DNA of 64,000 nt from Bacteroidota bacterium (GCA_050013655.1 JBEKEV010000002.1:13091-77090); one strand, 5' to 3'; shown: positions 48,919 through 58,310, counted from the stretch's first letter. The notes: a model not told the origin generated them from the letters alone. Numbers and translations are program-made.

Positions 48919-49341
48919 ATGACTGAAGAAAATTGGATTCTTTCATTTAAAAATATGTTTTCGATGTACTATGGTTCTGTTGTTCTTTCTGACGCTTTGA
49001 TAGAAATATATGATTCCCTAAAAATAAATTCAGGATCCGTTGATGAAAAGGATCTTGAAGAATTTCATTTAATTGGGTTAAAAAAATATTTTATTGCATC
49101 TACACTTGCTGAATTAAATGAACCAGAATATTTACTAAAATTCCTAGAAGAAGGTCCCCGAGGCAATATAAATCTCTTCAACTTAATTAAGAACGATATG
49201 GGTCGATTAGTTCAACAAGGATCATTTATTCAAGTTGATAAAGAGTTAAAAGGTAAAATAAAGAAGATTATTCATAAAAGACTTGCCAGAATAAATAGTG
49301 GTAAAAAGAAAAACTGGGATAATTCTCGAAAAAATAATTGA
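48919..49341 (+). CDS. hypothetical 140-aa protein, in the same frame as the upstream NACHT ORF
   Basis: The ORF starts 15 nt after the single TAA of the NACHT ORF, in the same reading frame. Predicted helical with a Lys-rich tail. It may be a separate partner or the severed C-terminus. Confidence 0.4.
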   Translation: MTEENWILSFKNMFSMYYGSVVLSDALIEIYDSLKINSGSVDEKDLEEFHLIGLKKYFIASTLAELNEPEYLLKFLEEGPRGNINLFNLIKNDMGRLVQQGSFIQVDKELKGKIKKIIHKRLARINSGKKKNWDNSRKNN

Positions 49342-49361
49342 TTTAGAAAAGAGGAATAGCC

Positions 49362-50378
49362 ATGAGCATCCTCGTTGATAAAAATACACGTCTCATTGTG
49401 CAGGGAATTACAGGCAGCGAAGGAACCTTCCATACGAAGCAAATGATGGAGTACGGAACCAAAGTGGTTGCCGGTGTTACGCCGGGAAAAGGCGGCACAC
49501 TCTATCAAGGCAACGAGAAGGATCAGCTGCCGCGTCCAGTTCGGGTGTTCAATACTGTAAAAGAAGCGGTGGAGAGTGAGCGGGCAAACGCTTCTATCAT
49601 TTTCGTTCCTGCTGCTTTTGCTGCCGATGCAATTATGGAATCTGCAGATGCCGGAGTCAAACTCATCGTGGCGATTACCGAGGGGATTCCGACAAGTGAT
49701 ATGGTGAAGGTGCACGAATATGTATCAAGAAAAGGGGTTCGGCTTGTCGGACCAAATTGTCCGGGTGTGATTACTCCGGGCGAAGCGAAGATCGGCATTA
49801 TGCCCGGCTTCATTCATAAGCCGGGGCGAATTGGAGTAGTATCGCGAAGCGGAACTTTGACCTATGAAGCAGTCTCACAGCTTACAGAGCGAAGTATCGG
49901 ACAATCTACTTGTGTCGGCATTGGAGGCGATCCGATCATTGGAACACAGTTCATCGATGTGATAAAACTTTTTCATGCAGACAAGAAAACAGATGCCATC
50001 GTTATGATTGGTGAGATTGGTGGAACGGCAGAAGAGGAAGCAGCAGAGTACATCAAAAAGTATGTTAAGAAGCCGGTTGTCGGGTTTATCGCTGGACGCA
50101 CTGCACCTCCGGGACGCCGGATGGGACATGCAGGTGCTATTATCTCCGGTGGAAAAGGAACAGCGGACGAAAAGATGAAAGCAATGCGTAATGCCGGAAT
50201 CACCGTCGTCGATAGTCCGGCGCTCATCGGTGAGACGATGGAAAAATCACTCAAAAGATTTGATAAGGGAGATGTTAGAAGGAAGGCGGCAGATGTGAAA
50301 AAAGTATCTCACAAAAAACACCGAATGTTGAGCAGCGCGAAAGGAAAAAGTATAAAGCATAAAAGGAAGAAAAAATAA
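49362..50378 (+). CDS. sucD: succinate--CoA ligase subunit alpha, with a basic C-terminal extension
   Basis: [25 protein letters not shown] and the phosphohistidine loop [11 protein letters not shown]. About 42 extra Lys/Arg-rich residues at the C-terminus. Confidence 0.95.
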   Translation: MSILVDKNTRLIVQGITGSEGTFHTKQMMEYGTKVVAGVTPGKGGTLYQGNEKDQLPRPVRVFNTVKEAVESERANASIIFVPAAFAADAIMESADAGVKLIVAITEGIPTSDMVKVHEYVSRKGVRLVGPNCPGVITPGEAKIGIMPGFIHKPGRIGVVSRSGTLTYEAVSQLTERSIGQSTCVGIGGDPIIGTQFIDVIKLFHADKKTDAIVMIGEIGGTAEEEAAEYIKKYVKKPVVGFIAGRTAPPGRRMGHAGAIISGGKGTADEKMKAMRNAGITVVDSPALIGETMEKSLKRFDKGDVRRKAADVKKVSHKKHRMLSSAKGKSIKHKRKKK

Positions 50379-50555
50379 AGGGCGCCTCTAATAACTCAAG
50401 TTCCTCCAAAGGAGTCCCTTTGGGACAAGCATCAGATTTCAAACAATGACCAAATCATTAGAATTTGTTTGCTATTTGTAATTTGTGATTTGAAGTTTTT
50501 TGAGATTCCCTAAAAGTAAAATGCGAAATGAAATATCAAAAAAACGATAAACCAC

Positions 50556-50597
50556 TAATCCCTAATCCCTAATTCCTAATCCCTGATCTCCAATCTC
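50556..50597. repeat. six-unit tandem heptamer repeat (TAATCCC-like)
   Basis: taatccc taatccc taattcc taatccc tgatctc caatctc, ending 10 nt before the NUDIX start codon. Confidence 0.8.
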
Positions 50598-50607
50598 TTA
50601 TCTCAAC

Positions 50608-51147
50608 ATGCCTCTTAAAAGGTGGAAAAAAATTTCTGAATCTGTTCTCTTTCGTAATTCTTGGTGGATTTATAAAAAAGATGAAACCGAACTGCCAAGC
50701 GGGAAACGAGGAGAATATCACTATGTCCATACCAATGGGGCGAGTATGGTTGTACCGGTATTAAACGACGGCAGGATTGTTTTCGTAAATCAATACAGAT
50801 ACTTGAATGACCGGGAAAGCCTGGAACTTCCTTGCGGCGGAGTAAAGGATGGGCACACCTATGAAGAAACCGCGAAGCATGAACTTGAAGAAGAAGCAGG
50901 ATTCATTGCACGCGCTTGGTACAAGGTCGGCGAATTCAATCCTTATAACGGCATAACGGATGAACTCTGCCGGGTTTTCATTGCGAAAAATCTTTCAGAG
51001 GTTCCACCGGCACCTGATGAGACGGAGGAGTTCGAAATAATATCTCTGATGCCGGATGAAGTGGATACCCGTATTACGACCGGAACGATTTGGGATGGGA
51101 TGACAATAGCGGCATGGAACATAGCAAAATCGCGCATTTCTGGATAA
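50608..51147 (+). CDS. NUDIX hydrolase (ADP-ribose pyrophosphatase-like)
   Basis: Nudix box GGVKDGHTYEETAKHELEEEAGF. Confidence 0.85.
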   Translation: MPLKRWKKISESVLFRNSWWIYKKDETELPSGKRGEYHYVHTNGASMVVPVLNDGRIVFVNQYRYLNDRESLELPCGGVKDGHTYEETAKHELEEEAGFIARAWYKVGEFNPYNGITDELCRVFIAKNLSEVPPAPDETEEFEIISLMPDEVDTRITTGTIWDGMTIAAWNIAKSRISG

Positions 51148-51514
51148 GTGGTCATTTTACTTTCCCAACTTCCTAAATTACCTATTTTTTATGGAAGTTT
51201 GTAGAAAATATTTTTATATCAAAAATATGGAAGAAGAAAATGCTGATAATTGGATACTTTCGCCTCTCTTTTTTTGGTACAAAATATGATATTAATAACC
51301 AAGACGAGAAGACCGGACTCGAAAGTCGGTATAGTGATATGAGTCACAGAATTTGATAACGTTCGCTCTATATTGATGTAGTTAATGAACACATAGAGCG
51401 AGGCAATGAAGTAAGGATATAAATTAGTAATGCGCTAACTTAACACTTGAATATGAAATTGTGATAGTTTATACTATAACAAGATTTTAAGTCTAAATAA
51501 TAAAAAGGCTTAGT

Positions 51515-52078
51515 ATGAATACCGGACAGATGATGCTTACAATAGGAGCTTTGATTCTACTTGGAACAACTGTGTTTACAGTAAACAGTAATAGTCTCAA
51601 CCAGGGCACTATTTTGCGGCAAACCGAAATAGGTATTTATGCTGTTTCCTTAGCGACTTCTTATATTCAAAAGGCAATGAGTTTGGCATTTGACGAGAAA
51701 ACAAATACCAGGCCGACCTTACCTGTGAATGCAGTACCATCGGCATACTTGACAGCACCCCCTCTGGGAATCGATGCAGCTTATGGTGAAATTGCCAACC
51801 GAGATTCAACGTTTGACGATTTTGATGATTATAATAATTATAGCAAAGATACTTTAATTACAAATGTCGATGATTTTAAAGTCGGTGCAATTGTGTATTA
51901 TATTCAGAATATTGGTGATGCTCAACCGTATGCTCAAACTAACACACCGACTTGGCTTAAACGGATGGATGTTTGTGTGTGGTCCTCAATAAGTCGCAAA
52001 GTCTTTGAAGATCCAAATGCAGCCATTGACAAGGGCACAGATACAATTAAAATCTCGTACATTAAAAGTTATTATTAA
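51515..52078 (+). CDS. hypothetical N-terminally anchored protein, minor-pilin (PilV/FimT)-like
   Basis: Short polar N-terminus followed by a hydrophobic helix (MNTGQMMLTIGALILLGTTVFTV). First of three co-directional, tightly spaced genes. Confidence 0.4.
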   Translation: MNTGQMMLTIGALILLGTTVFTVNSNSLNQGTILRQTEIGIYAVSLATSYIQKAMSLAFDEKTNTRPTLPVNAVPSAYLTAPPLGIDAAYGEIANRDSTFDDFDDYNNYSKDTLITNVDDFKVGAIVYYIQNIGDAQPYAQTNTPTWLKRMDVCVWSSISRKVFEDPNAAIDKGTDTIKISYIKSYY

Positions 52079-52089
52079 GAAGAAATATT

Positions 52090-52704
52090 ATGGGAACTTC
52101 AACACTTCTTGATATCCTGGGTTCGTTAACGACTTTTGGATTTCTTTTACTTATAGCTCTTGGGTTAAATGCAAACGCAAGCGAAAAGAATACTGAATAT
52201 TTTGCAAGTTATTTGCTTCAATCTAATATGATTACGCTCACTGTGATGCTCGAAGACGATCTTAAACACATTGGACAAAACTATACTCCGACAGTGGCTA
52301 ACCCGACTGCTATAATGACAGCTGATTCACTCGAATTTAGTTTTTATAGAAATGGAGATTTAATTGATTATGTAGTTGGAGCTCCTTTAGGGATAGGCCA
52401 GTATCCCAATTCTCGCTATGTATACAGAAATGTCAACGGTACACAAAATCTTATGAATCTCGGGGTGATTCATATGACATTCACCTATTGGGATATTGCG
52501 GATCCTACTATTAAACGGTACCCTCCTGTCCCTCAAGCAAATTTTGGAAATATTGGACCGATAGACATCTCGATTCAGATGGAGAGTCCTTATAAAAGGA
52601 AACCAGATTATTCGAATGCGGCAGACACTTCAGAATACGAAATGTATTGGCGTCAAATACGTTCTATAGCTAGGACAACACTCGTTCAGATTCCAGGTCC
52701 ATAA
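52090..52704 (+). CDS. hypothetical N-terminally anchored protein, PilW-like
   Basis: MGTSTLLDILGSLTTFGFLLLIALGL, then ...LTVMLEDDLKHIGQ, which resembles the PilW N-terminal pattern (L..DIR.AG). Confidence 0.4.
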   Translation: MGTSTLLDILGSLTTFGFLLLIALGLNANASEKNTEYFASYLLQSNMITLTVMLEDDLKHIGQNYTPTVANPTAIMTADSLEFSFYRNGDLIDYVVGAPLGIGQYPNSRYVYRNVNGTQNLMNLGVIHMTFTYWDIADPTIKRYPPVPQANFGNIGPIDISIQMESPYKRKPDYSNAADTSEYEMYWRQIRSIARTTLVQIPGP

Positions 52705-52723
52705 TATAATAAGGAGAAAAATT

Positions 52724-54085
52724 ATGGGACGCACTTCAATAATGATGGTCATAGGGTTTAATTTAATTTTTATGATGCTTGGTTACAGAATGTCAACAGT
52801 TACATCATCGGCATATAATAAATATATTAGATATAATTGCCTTGAACAAACGGGTCTTGCTGCGGAAAGTGGAGCTAATATAGCTATTTCGAATGCATTT
52901 TTTTCGAAGGCGACTCCTATTCCAGCTGCCTCATTTTCGTCCGGGACTGGTGTAGCTGGGACAATCCAGATTACAAAAACATCATTCCCAACAAATGTAG
53001 GAGGAACTGATACTGCTGGATTTATTTTAACTGTAATCGCGGCAGATGTCGACGATTCGGTAATAACCACGGTAAAAGTTCAAGGTACTAGTTTTTCTAC
53101 ATTTGTTATGTTTACTACAAATGAAGGGGGAATCCTATGGCAAACGGGAGATATATGCTATGGTAATTATCACACGCAGGATTGGATAAATGTTACAGGA
53201 AACCCGGACTTTAAAGGCTTGACGACTACATTCCTAGGCCTTAAAAAGCAGCATAGCAGTGATGATCCAGATTTTGAGGGAGGTTACACTGCGGGTGTCA
53301 ATCTACCATTGTCAGGAGATTTTAATAATTTAAAGGCCCTTGGGGCTATAGGTGGAGCATCTGCATCTTATACTAATTTAGATACGTATGTTGAATTCCG
53401 AAGTAATGGACAAGTAGTTGTACGAGCTGAGCCTGTGGGTACAACAGGTTCATCAACTTGTTGGAATGAATCAAGAACTACAAACATACCAAGCACAACG
53501 ACACCATATTGTATGGTATATAATACCATTTCTGATTTGACTTCAAGCGGCGTTCTTCTTTTGAATGGTAGTAGTCCTACTAGTAATGGTGATCTTCATG
53601 TAAAGGGAGTATTAGATGGACAAATCACTCTAGGTAATATTGGTAAAGGAGACGTATATATTGATTCATCGCTTACTTATCACACTCCTGCACCTACTGC
53701 GCTAAACCCTACGCTTGTAACACCACAAGATCTGTTAGGCATTGTTGCGAACAATAATATTTGGATTACGGACAATGCCAATAATAACAATGCATCGAAT
53801 GGTGTGGAAGTTGATGCCTCTATGTATTGCCTGAATGGAGGATTTGGTGCACAAAATTATAACGGCCGAGGATATGATGGAGTGCTTAAAGTTGTTGGTG
53901 GAATTCAAGAAAAAGCACGAAACGCAGTTGGTCAACCGGGTCCCCCTATTTTAGGATTTTTGAAGGATTATGAATACAATTTAAATCTGCAATATGTAAC
54001 ACCAAAAGGTTACCCCACAACAAACTTTGCAATAAAAAATTGGGTTGATAGTACACTAATTTCAAATTCCTTTTGGCAGCAGTAA
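52724..54085 (+). CDS. hypothetical N-terminally anchored protein, PilX-N-terminal-like with a beta-helix-like body
   Basis: MGRTSIMMVIGFNLIFMMLG, then LEQTGLAAESGANIAISN (PilX-like AEAG motif). Repetitive Gly/Asn/Thr-rich body (ANNNIWITDNANNNNASNGVEVDAS). Confidence 0.4.
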   Translation: MGRTSIMMVIGFNLIFMMLGYRMSTVTSSAYNKYIRYNCLEQTGLAAESGANIAISNAFFSKATPIPAASFSSGTGVAGTIQITKTSFPTNVGGTDTAGFILTVIAADVDDSVITTVKVQGTSFSTFVMFTTNEGGILWQTGDICYGNYHTQDWINVTGNPDFKGLTTTFLGLKKQHSSDDPDFEGGYTAGVNLPLSGDFNNLKALGAIGGASASYTNLDTYVEFRSNGQVVVRAEPVGTTGSSTCWNESRTTNIPSTTTPYCMVYNTISDLTSSGVLLLNGSSPTSNGDLHVKGVLDGQITLGNIGKGDVYIDSSLTYHTPAPTALNPTLVTPQDLLGIVANNNIWITDNANNNNASNGVEVDASMYCLNGGFGAQNYNGRGYDGVLKVVGGIQEKARNAVGQPGPPILGFLKDYEYNLNLQYVTPKGYPTTNFAIKNWVDSTLISNSFWQQ

Positions 54086-54153
54086 TTGATCCCGCAATTC
54101 AAAGAAGGATATATGGGGAAAGAAGTTTGGAAGATAGTACAGATTTGAGAAAA

Positions 54154-54185
54154 GGTGCTTACAGGATTTGTAAGCGCCTTTTTTA
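54154..54185 (+). terminator. rho-independent terminator (possibly bidirectional) between the pilin-like operon and nrnA
   Basis: Stem ggtgcttaca-ggattt-tgtaagcgcc followed by ttttttatt. An A-rich run precedes it, which would serve the opposite strand. Confidence 0.7.
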
Positions 54186-54217
54186 TTGGCTTGTTGTCTT
54201 ACTTAAATTTCGTCTCC

Positions 54218-55201
54218 TTACATCACATATTTACCTGCATGCTTTAGCACCTGCGAAACAACTTCATCCAATTGTGCTTTTGGTATACGTGCGCCTGCTG
54301 CATTTTTATGTCCGTTGCCGCCAAATTCTTTTGCTAATTCATTCACCGCGATATCACCTTTAGAACGAAAATTTACTTTTATTATTCCATCTAACTCGGA
54401 AAACATTAATCCAATCTGAACTCCATCGATCGTCAACGTGTAAGGCACAAAGGCATCGGTGTCCTCTTCAGTAGTGTCGGTAGTCTCAAACATTTCGCGT
54501 GTGAGAGTAATGTAGGCGAGCTTTCCATCGTACAATGTTTGCAAGTTGGCAAGCGCCATTCCCAGCAATCGTATGCGTTTTGCTGAGGTACGTTCGTACA
54601 CCTGTTCATAAATGGCGACAGGATCGGCTCCCGCTTGAAGAAGATGAGCAACGATTGTGTGAACTTGCGAATCGGTCTTCTCATACCGAAATGAACCGGT
54701 ATCGGTCATAATCGCTGTGTAGAGAGCCGTCGCTGTTATGCGGTCGATCGTTCCGCCTGCCATAGAGATAAAGTTATAAATGATTTCCCCGGTTGCAGGT
54801 GATTGTTCATCCAAAAGATAAAGATCCGCAAACTCGCCCGGCTCCGGATGGTGGTCGATGCAGACCTTCACGGCATGGCTTTTCATAATGAGCGGTGTCA
54901 TTGCAGCTAATCTGTCCGGATGATTCGCATCGAGTAAAATAATAACTTCAGCATTCTCGACAATATCTTCATGGTGTGACGGATCGAATTGAACGATAGG
55001 ATGGAGTTCATGAAGAAAGAGATAGTTCTCTGGCGTTGCACTGCAATTCAAAATAGAAACTTGTTTGTCTCTCAATTCGAGATAATGGGCGAGAGCAACT
55101 TCAGAGCCGAGACCGTCGCCGTCAGGATTCACATGGGAAGTCAGGATAAACCGTTTATGAGAATCGATAATCGTTTTGAATGTTTCAAACTGGAGCTGCA
55201 A
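54218..55201 (-). CDS. nrnA: DHH-family phosphoesterase (NrnA-like oligoribonuclease / pAp phosphatase)
   Basis: HVNPDGDGLGS, LLDANH, CIDHHPE and the DHHA1 motif FGGNGHKNAAG. Confidence 0.85.
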   Translation of the reverse strand: MQLQFETFKTIIDSHKRFILTSHVNPDGDGLGSEVALAHYLELRDKQVSILNCSATPENYLFLHELHPIVQFDPSHHEDIVENAEVIILLDANHPDRLAAMTPLIMKSHAVKVCIDHHPEPGEFADLYLLDEQSPATGEIIYNFISMAGGTIDRITATALYTAIMTDTGSFRYEKTDSQVHTIVAHLLQAGADPVAIYEQVYERTSAKRIRLLGMALANLQTLYDGKLAYITLTREMFETTDTTEEDTDAFVPYTLTIDGVQIGLMFSELDGIIKVNFRSKGDIAVNELAKEFGGNGHKNAAGARIPKAQLDEVVSQVLKHAGKYVM

Positions 55202-55292
55202 TGGGATTCCTCAATGTAAAAGATACAGTGGCAGAAAAAAAGGTGTGATCTCCTTCTGGAAACCACACCCCTCATGTCAAGATATTAAAAAA

Positions 55293-56345
55293 TTATTGAA
55301 TTGTCCAAGTCTCGCCTGAATTCAGAAGCTTCGCCATATTCCCTTCGCCGCGTTTCTCTTTTGCAAATTCGATCTGGCGCTGCATTTCGTTTTCGTACGT
55401 CGGGCGTTCTATGGAAAGAAACACTCCCAGCGGACGCGGCATATGAGAGTGGTAGGTCATATCTGCCAGAATGAAGGAAAGTGTTGTGTCCGTTTCGTTA
55501 TGCACAAGCAGGTCGTTGATGGAAGCCTTGCCTTCCTTCAGTGATACGACTTCGGGTGAAAATCCATTCAGACGAATGCCTTTGTCTTTTTCTTTGCCGA
55601 AGACGAGCGGCTTGCCATGTTCGAGATATATCACGCTATCGTCTTTTGTCTCTTTCTCTGTGAACTGCAAGAATGCGCCGTCGTTGAACACATTGCAGTT
55701 TTGGTAGATTTCGACGAACGAAGTTCCTTTGTGATCATGGGCGCGTTTCAGGATCGATTGGAGATGCTTCGGATCACGGTCGAGTGTACGTGCAACGAAT
55801 GTTGCGCTGGCGCCGAGTGCAAGCGAGGCAGGATTGAATGGATAATCAAGAGAACCGTACGGCGTCGATTTTGTGATCTTTCCTTTTTCCGATGTCGGTG
55901 AATATTGTCCCTTGGTCAATCCATAGATCTGATTATTGAATAAAAGAACATTGACATCAATATTGCGGCGCAGGAGGTGTATGAGATGGTTGCCGCCTAT
56001 ACTCATACCGTCACCATCGCCGGTAACTACCCAAACGGAAAGATCGGGTTGCGCAAGTTTGACACCTGAGGCAATTGCCGTGGCACGTCCGTGAATTCCA
56101 TGAAATCCGTACGTATCCAAATAATAGGGGAACCGACTGGAACAACCAATACCGGAGACGAAAACGATTTGATGCTTTGGGATGCCGATGTCAGGCATGA
56201 TGCGCTGGGCTTGTGCGAGGATGGAATAGTCGCCGCATCCCGGACACCACCGGACTTCTTGATCACTCTGGAAATCTTTTGCAGTGTATTTCAATTTGCT
56301 GCCCAATTGAGATTGTAGGGAGATATTTTCGATAAGATTATTCAT
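55293..56345 (-). CDS. korB: 2-oxoglutarate/2-oxoacid:ferredoxin oxidoreductase subunit beta
   Basis: WCPGCGDYSIL and the TPP motif GDGDGMSIGGNHLIH. Confidence 0.9.
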   Translation of the reverse strand: MNNLIENISLQSQLGSKLKYTAKDFQSDQEVRWCPGCGDYSILAQAQRIMPDIGIPKHQIVFVSGIGCSSRFPYYLDTYGFHGIHGRATAIASGVKLAQPDLSVWVVTGDGDGMSIGGNHLIHLLRRNIDVNVLLFNNQIYGLTKGQYSPTSEKGKITKSTPYGSLDYPFNPASLALGASATFVARTLDRDPKHLQSILKRAHDHKGTSFVEIYQNCNVFNDGAFLQFTEKETKDDSVIYLEHGKPLVFGKEKDKGIRLNGFSPEVVSLKEGKASINDLLVHNETDTTLSFILADMTYHSHMPRPLGVFLSIERPTYENEMQRQIEFAKEKRGEGNMAKLLNSGETWTIQ

Positions 56346-58186
56346 GGTCGATGTCCTTTAATAAGCTCATCAATCTTTGACTCGATCTCTTCGGCGAGAA
56401 ATGGTGCTCCTTGTACTTTATTGAGTCCAACAGCAGGCACGAGGTAATTGGCACGTATGATCTTGATGAGTTGACCTAAATTAAGTTCAGGCACAAGAAT
56501 CGTTTTGAACCGGGAGATGATTTCTCCAATATTCTTTTGCATTGGATTGAGATACCGCAAATGCAAAAGTGAAACACGGTGTCCCTTTGCACGATGGCGC
56601 TGCACCGCGGTTTTTATTGCTCCGTAAGTACTTCCCCAGCCTACAACCAAAACATCCCCCTGTTGGTCACCTTCAACTTCTGCCGGTGGGATGTCATTGG
56701 CAATTCGCGCCACTTTTTCAGATCGCAAACGAACCATAAGTTCATGATTCTCAGGTTCATAGTTGATATTTCCTGAAATGTTTTGTTTTTCCAGACCTCC
56801 GATGCGATGTTCAAGTCCTGGAGTGCCGGGAATTGCCCACGGTCGTGCAAGAGTTACCGCATCTCGTTCATACGGGAAAAATCCTTCAGGGTTTGTTCTG
56901 AAGTGAGGAGAAATGTCTGGAAGTTTTTCGTAATCAGGAATCAACCACGGCTCAGAACCATTGCCGAGATAGCCATCCGTTAGGCAGATAACCGGAGTCA
57001 TATACTTGATTGCGATGCGTGCAGATTCATAGACGACATTGAAACAATCAGAAGGTGTTGCAGCAGCAATGACCGGAATTGGCGCTTCGCCATTGCGCCC
57101 ATAGAGGGCTTGAAGTAAATCGGCTTGTTCTGTTTTCGTTGGTAAACCGGTACTTGGACCGCCGCGCTGAACATTGACAACGACAAGAGGTAATTCAACC
57201 ATCACCGCAAGTCCTAACGCTTCAGTTTTCAAAGAGAATCCAGGTCCGCTTGTTGTTGTTGCACCAAGTGCTCCTGCAAAAGACGCACCGATGGCAGATG
57301 TGATTCCTGCAATCTCGTCTTCTGCCTGAAACGTTTTTACATCAAAATTCTTGTAAATAGAAAGTTCATGTAAAATATCACTCGCTGGCGTAATAGGGTA
57401 ACTGCCAAGGAAGAGATCGATTTTTGCCTTTTGAGCTGCCGCCATCAAACCCCACGCAGTTGCTTGGTTGCCGGTAATATTTCTGTATTTTCCCGGTGCA
57501 AGTCGTGCCGGTGCGACCGCATAACGCACTTTGAAAAGTTCGGTTGTCTCGCCGTAATTCCATCCTGCCTTCAATACTCGTATGTTTGCTTCACGAATAT
57601 CAGGTTTGTTGGCAAACTTTTCGGTAAGCCATTTCAGTGTAGGTTCCAGAGGGCGATCATACAACCAGTACATCATTCCGAGAGCAAAAAAATTTTTGGA
57701 GCGATCAACGAGCTTGCTGGAGAGATTTAACTCTTGAAGTGACGTTATGGTCAACTTTGTAATGTCCACCTCAAATACTTGATAGGTTGAGAGGGATTCA
57801 TCTTTCAGAGGATTGGAAGAATATCCTGCAAGCTTAAGATTCTTGTCGTTAAAACCATCGGTGTTAGCGATAATGGAACCACCCTTGATGAGCGAGTGGA
57901 GATTGACCTTCAGTGCGGCGGCGTTCATTGCTACAAGCATATCACATGAATCACCGGGGGTGTTGATCTCCGTGCTGCCGAAGTGGATTTGGAATCCGCT
58001 GACGCCGGATGTCGTTCCTTGCGGTGCACGAATTTCAGCAGGATAATCAGGCAGGGTGCTCAAATCGTTTCCAAGAATGGCGGTTGTGTTGGTGAATTGT
58101 GTGCCAGCAAGCTGCATTCCGTCGCCGGAATCTCCGGCGAAGCGAATGGTGGCTTCATCAAGATTTCGTAGTTTTTTCTCTCTCAT
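56342..58186 (-). CDS. korA: 2-oxoglutarate/2-oxoacid:ferredoxin oxidoreductase subunit alpha
   Basis: 614 aa with fused gamma-like N-terminal and alpha domains (FAGDSGDGMQLAG..., GSYPITPASDILHEL). 4-nt overlap with korB. Confidence 0.9.
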   Translation of the reverse strand: MREKKLRNLDEATIRFAGDSGDGMQLAGTQFTNTTAILGNDLSTLPDYPAEIRAPQGTTSGVSGFQIHFGSTEINTPGDSCDMLVAMNAAALKVNLHSLIKGGSIIANTDGFNDKNLKLAGYSSNPLKDESLSTYQVFEVDITKLTITSLQELNLSSKLVDRSKNFFALGMMYWLYDRPLEPTLKWLTEKFANKPDIREANIRVLKAGWNYGETTELFKVRYAVAPARLAPGKYRNITGNQATAWGLMAAAQKAKIDLFLGSYPITPASDILHELSIYKNFDVKTFQAEDEIAGITSAIGASFAGALGATTTSGPGFSLKTEALGLAVMVELPLVVVNVQRGGPSTGLPTKTEQADLLQALYGRNGEAPIPVIAAATPSDCFNVVYESARIAIKYMTPVICLTDGYLGNGSEPWLIPDYEKLPDISPHFRTNPEGFFPYERDAVTLARPWAIPGTPGLEHRIGGLEKQNISGNINYEPENHELMVRLRSEKVARIANDIPPAEVEGDQQGDVLVVGWGSTYGAIKTAVQRHRAKGHRVSLLHLRYLNPMQKNIGEIISRFKTILVPELNLGQLIKIIRANYLVPAVGLNKVQGAPFLAEEIESKIDELIKGHRP

Positions 58187-58310
58187 AGCATTTCTTTTGC
58201 CTTATGCTTTATGTTGCCCTATAAAATAGCTGAAAGAAACTCAATCAATTGTTCATTCAGAGCGGCTGTCTATTCTACAGAACATTACTTTTAACAAAAA
58301 GAATCCCAAA

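Noticed and set aside
50556-50597. Telomere-like CCCTAAT heptamer repeats.
   Set aside because: There are only six degenerating units in an internal intergenic spacer of an otherwise ordinary bacterial chromosome segment. Nothing suggests a replicon end.
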